64,000 nt of DNA from an uncultured Verrucomicrobiota bacterium (GTDB lineage Bacteria > Verrucomicrobiota > Verrucomicrobiia > CAZIPW01): NCBI GenBank assembly GCA_964541905.1, contig CAZIRU010000001.1, positions 2,870 to 66,869 of the forward strand, given 5' to 3'. The notes below the pieces were generated by a model. That model did not search any database and was not told where the DNA came from. It saw only the letters and a list, made by a program, of their open reading frames with translations. The position numbers and the translations under genes are program-made. This document shows positions 60,364 through 64,000 of this stretch, piece by piece. Each line of letters starts with the position of its first letter. The stretch's first letter is position 1.

Positions 60364-61853
60364 CCCGCCAGCTCCTCAACGTTAATTCTCTCCTGTTGGG
60401 TTGTGTCACGGTCGCGAAGGGTGACAGTGCCGTCCTCCAAAGTCTGGAAGTCCACCGTCACACACCAAGGCGTCCCGATTTCGTCCTGACGGCGGTAGCG
60501 TTTGCCCACGTTGCCCGAGTCGTCGTAATCGGTGCGGAAACGCCCGCGCAATCGGGCAAAAATCTCCTCAGCCTTCTTCGTGAGCTCCGGCTTATTTTTA
60601 AGGAGCGGAAAAACCGCCACTTTATAGGGCGCAATTGAGGGCTTGAGGCGCAAAACCACGCGTTTTTCGCCATCCACCTCGTCCTCGGCATAGGCCGAGA
60701 GCAGCACCACCAAGACCGCCCGATCAACCCCCCACGAAGGCTCAATCACATGGGGCGTATAGCGGCGCTTTTGCGCCTCGTCAAAATACTCGATCGGCTT
60801 GCCAATTGCTTTGCCGTGAGCGTCCAAATCAAAACTCCCGCGCGCGGCAATCCCCATAAGCTCTTGTTTTCCAAACGGATACGCAAAGAATAAATCCGTG
60901 CAAGCTCGGGCGTAGTGCGCAAGCTCTTGCTTTTCGTAGGCATGTTCGCTCAAGCGCGTGGGGTCCACGCCTATCGAAATATACCAAGCCTTCGCCGCCG
61001 CAACCCATTCCGCGTAAGCCTTTTGCCAAGCCGCCTCCGAATCGTCCACAAAATACTCGATTTCCATCTGCTCAAACTCGCGGCTACGATAGATGAAATT
61101 GCGCGGAGTAATTTCATTGCGAAACGCCTTGCCTATCTGGGCAATTCCGAACGGAATTTTTACGCGCGCCGTCTCAAGAACATTCTTGAAATTTGTAAAA
61201 ATCCCGCCAGCCGTCTCCGGCCGCAAATACGCCTCGGCCGTCGCATCCTCCATCGCCCCGACAAAGGTTTTGAACATCATATTGAACTTGCGGGCGGGGG
61301 TCAGGCTCCCGGGCTTGCCGGTGGCCGGCGAGGGAATAAGAGAAATTTGCTCGGGAGTAGCCTCAGTAAAGGGACGCAAGACAATCGGCTCAAGCGCCCC
61401 CTGTTTTTGGGCCTTGCGCTTGATTTTATCCGCCATCTCTTCGGCCTTGCCCTGCGCGTTTTCCTCGTCAAGCAGGCTCACATACCCAAGTGTCTCGCCA
61501 GCAACCACGACCGGAGCAAAGAAGAGCTGGTCCGCCCGAAAACGCGCCTTGGTTTCCTTGTCATCCACCATCGGATCGTTAAAATTCGCCAAGTGCCCCG
61601 AAGCCTCCCAAAGGCGCGGGTTCTGAATAATCGCCGAATCCAACCCCACCATATCGTCTCGGCTGTGGACAAACGTCCGCCACCAATGGGCCTTGATGTT
61701 GTTTTTGAGCTCAACACCCAAGGGGCCATAATCAAAAAAACCGTTCAGACCGCCATAAATTTCGGAAGCCTGAAAGATGAACCCCTTGCGTTTACAAAAG
61801 GAGGTGAGCGTTTCCATGCTCACGGGGCTTGTTTGGACGGCAGTTTCGGTCAT
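60339..61853 (-). CDS. glyQS: Glycine--tRNA ligase (dimeric class II type)
   Basis: Class II GlyRS motifs FQASEIYGGLNGFFDYGPLG and anticodon-binding C-terminus; alternative start at 61817. Confidence 0.9.
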   Translation of the reverse strand: MTETAVQTSPVSMETLTSFCKRKGFIFQASEIYGGLNGFFDYGPLGVELKNNIKAHWWRTFVHSRDDMVGLDSAIIQNPRLWEASGHLANFNDPMVDDKETKARFRADQLFFAPVVVAGETLGYVSLLDEENAQGKAEEMADKIKRKAQKQGALEPIVLRPFTEATPEQISLIPSPATGKPGSLTPARKFNMMFKTFVGAMEDATAEAYLRPETAGGIFTNFKNVLETARVKIPFGIAQIGKAFRNEITPRNFIYRSREFEQMEIEYFVDDSEAAWQKAYAEWVAAAKAWYISIGVDPTRLSEHAYEKQELAHYARACTDLFFAYPFGKQELMGIAARGSFDLDAHGKAIGKPIEYFDEAQKRRYTPHVIEPSWGVDRAVLVVLLSAYAEDEVDGEKRVVLRLKPSIAPYKVAVFPLLKNKPELTKKAEEIFARLRGRFRTDYDDSGNVGKRYRRQDEIGTPWCVTVDFQTLEDGTVTLRDRDTTQQERINVEELAGWLAERVG

Positions 61854-62022
61854 AGGTGCGCATTATAGCGCACCCGTGGCCCCAACGTCAATCGGCTTGC
61901 GAAGGCACGGCGCGGTTCACGAGATTATACAGTTTCTTTCGTACAATGGGTTGCGCGCCATACAGAATATTAATTCTTTTTAGCTCATTTTTGACGCTTT
62001 TTTACAATTGTGAAACCCTGTC

Positions 62023-62053
62023 TTGACAGTTCGCCAGGTTGGGTGTATATAAT
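62023..62053 (+). promoter_or_regulatory. Putative sigma70-type promoter and ribosome-binding site of kdsB
   Basis: TTGACA (62023-62028) - 17 nt - TATATA/TATAAT, then AAGGAA 3 nt before the ATG at 62062. Confidence 0.45.
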
Positions 62054-62061
62054 AAGGAAAT

Positions 62062-62823
62062 ATGTTGGCTATTATAGTCCCTGTGCGTCGGGCTTCGACG
62101 CGCCTGCCCGATAAGCCGCTTTACCCGATCGCGGGCAAGCCCCTTGTCCTTCATGTAGCTGAACGCCTCAAAGCCATTGCCGGCGAAATCCCGACTTACT
62201 TCGCCGTTGATAACGAGGAGGTTATGTCAGTTCTGGAACAGGCTGGGTTCAAGGCCATCATGACCGATCCAGAGCTGCCCAACGGCACCTGCCGCATCGC
62301 AGCGGCCAACAAACAAATCGGCGCTACGCAAATAATTAACTGTCAAGGAGATGAGCCGCAAATTCAGCGTGTGCATATTGACCTGCTTGCCGACAGCCTC
62401 AAGCGCGGGGCTCCCATGGCCACTTTGGCGCTCAATTCTTTTACAGACGAGGAGCTCTTAAACCCCAACCGGCCGAAAGTCGTCGTGGGGGCTTCGGGAC
62501 AGGCGCTTTACTTTAGCCGCTCGATTTTGCCCTACGATCGCTCGGCAAAGGATGGCGTCCTTTCAGCCGACAGCCGGAACCTTGCCATGGGGCGCATTGG
62601 TTTGCATCAGGGCTTTTACGCCTACACCTCCGCGTTTTTGGAGCAATATGTAAATTTGCCGGCAACTCCCTTGGAGCAGATCGAAAAGCTTGAGCAGCTC
62701 CGCGTGATTGAGCACGGCTATCCGATCATGGTGCGCTTTAATAATTTCCCGACGCAGGGCATTGATACGATAGAAGATGTGAGGGCCTACGAAAAAAAAT
62801 TTGAACGGGTGGTAGTGGGGTAA
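62062..62823 (+). CDS. kdsB: 3-deoxy-manno-octulosonate cytidylyltransferase (CMP-Kdo synthetase)
   Basis: N-terminus IIVPVRRASTRLPDKPL and downstream motifs consistent with KdsB. Confidence 0.85.
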   Translation: MLAIIVPVRRASTRLPDKPLYPIAGKPLVLHVAERLKAIAGEIPTYFAVDNEEVMSVLEQAGFKAIMTDPELPNGTCRIAAANKQIGATQIINCQGDEPQIQRVHIDLLADSLKRGAPMATLALNSFTDEELLNPNRPKVVVGASGQALYFSRSILPYDRSAKDGVLSADSRNLAMGRIGLHQGFYAYTSAFLEQYVNLPATPLEQIEKLEQLRVIEHGYPIMVRFNNFPTQGIDTIEDVRAYEKKFERVVVG

Positions 62824-62888
62824 GCGCTGCCGCCCGGGGGGAAAGTTTAGCACTAGCAAAAAATATCCCTTAGGGATAAGATGCCGCC

Positions 62889-64000
62889 ATGACAGAAGTT
62901 GAAACCGAAGCGCCCCTTACAGATTCCCTTATTCCTCGATACAGCACACCCGCCGAAGTAAAGCCTGAGGATGCTTTTGTTGGCGATCTTTTCAACCGAA
63001 AACCTTTAGCAGAACGGCTTATCCATCTTATCGGAAGAATGAAAGATGGGTTTGTACTCTCGGTTGATTCAGGCTGGGGTTCAGGGAAAACGTATTTTGC
63101 CAGACACACGGTTGCTTTGATGAAAAAACAACCAGAGGATAAAAAAGACACCAAGACTAAAGTTGTCTATCTCGATGCTTTCAAAAATGATTTTTTAGAA
63201 GAACCGTTTTTGCTTATAGCGGCGGAGATTTTAAAAGCCATCGGTAAAAATGATGAAGCCGAAAAGGCTATTGGACGCATTATTCGTTCAGGGATGTTAG
63301 TTACTGGAAAAGAAATAGGATTACAGCTCGTCAAACATTGGACTGGCGCCGATCTTCAAGATGCTATTGATAAAGTTACAGATCAGATAGAAAGAGACAA
63401 AGATATAGCCACACAACTCAAAGAAAGATACGAAGCCGCAACATCAACCATCACGGATTTCAAAACCGAACTCAACAAGGCGCTGCAAGGCAAACAGCTT
63501 GTTATTTTCATTGATGAACTTGACCGCTGCAAACCCCCATTCTCCGTAAAACTTCTTGAGTATCTCAAGCATCTCTTCGACGTTAAGGGTCTTGTCTTCG
63601 TTTTAATGATTAATCGAGAAGCCCTCGTCAGTTCTATCGCAGGCGTTTACCACCTCGACAAACCAGCCGCCAGCGAGTATCTAAACAAGTTTATAAATCT
63701 AGATTTCAAGATCCCTGTAATTACTACAAGCAACTATAAAAACAAAGGTTCTGATGATTATATTGCTTTCTGTAGAGCTTTTTTTCAAAGAAATTTCAAA
63801 CAGGACACCCAGGCAAAACAGCTAGATCATTTTATACAATCCTTTTCATATTTTTGTGAGTATTATAAACTTCCTCTTAGAAAAATAGAGACGGGAGCAA
63901 TAAACTGGATCACAATCACTCCGCGTTTCGAAGAGACCAATAAGGGCGTTTGTGAAGACATTTGCTTTCGCCGAATAAGTCTATGTTCTTGGTTTGTCGC
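62889..64000 (+). CDS. KAP-family P-loop NTPase, 3-prime truncated by window end
   Basis: Open frame from ATG 62889 to the window end (370 codons, no stop; not in ORF track). Walker A VDSGWGSGKT, Walker B LVIFIDELDRC; low GC (about 40%). Confidence 0.6.
   Translation, partial: MTEVETEAPLTDSLIPRYSTPAEVKPEDAFVGDLFNRKPLAERLIHLIGRMKDGFVLSVDSGWGSGKTYFARHTVALMKKQPEDKKDTKTKVVYLDAFKNDFLEEPFLLIAAEILKAIGKNDEAEKAIGRIIRSGMLVTGKEIGLQLVKHWTGADLQDAIDKVTDQIERDKDIATQLKERYEAATSTITDFKTELNKALQGKQLVIFIDELDRCKPPFSVKLLEYLKHLFDVKGLVFVLMINREALVSSIAGVYHLDKPAASEYLNKFINLDFKIPVITTSNYKNKGSDDYIAFCRAFFQRNFKQDTQAKQLDHFIQSFSYFCEYYKLPLRKIETGAINWITITPRFEETNKGVCEDICFRRISLCSWFV

Overview
High-GC (about 60%) chromosomal segment of a Gram-negative bacterium, mostly housekeeping genes. 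It carries dnaA with an adjacent candidate origin, ruvA, recF, mutS, ligA, glyQS, anaerobic ribonucleotide reductase nrdDG, methylmalonyl-CoA mutase mutAB, galE, kdsB, lptD, two chemotaxis receptors, a MacAB-TolC-like efflux operon, a peptide-type ABC importer and four tRNA genes (Lys-CTT, Val-TAC, Pro-GGG, Ala-CGC). The strongest candidate for a novel system is a single-gene, strongly low-GC islet between dus and mutS (36727-37488) encoding a DUF4238-like protein, a probable anti-phage defense gene. A second low-GC candidate is a KAP-family P-loop NTPase that starts at 62889 and runs off the window end. A third is a lipid/glycolipid cluster at 12.7-22.2 kb (ACP-fusion, KAS, alpha-oxoamine synthase, SDR, five glycosyltransferases). 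Smaller observations include tRNA-linked repeat scars at tRNA-Ala and tRNA-Val, a 2H-phosphoesterase-like gene after galE, and a hairpin-rich intergenic region upstream of mutAB. No CRISPR array, rRNA, transposase or integrase was found. All calls are from reading translations and motifs by eye; no database search was run.
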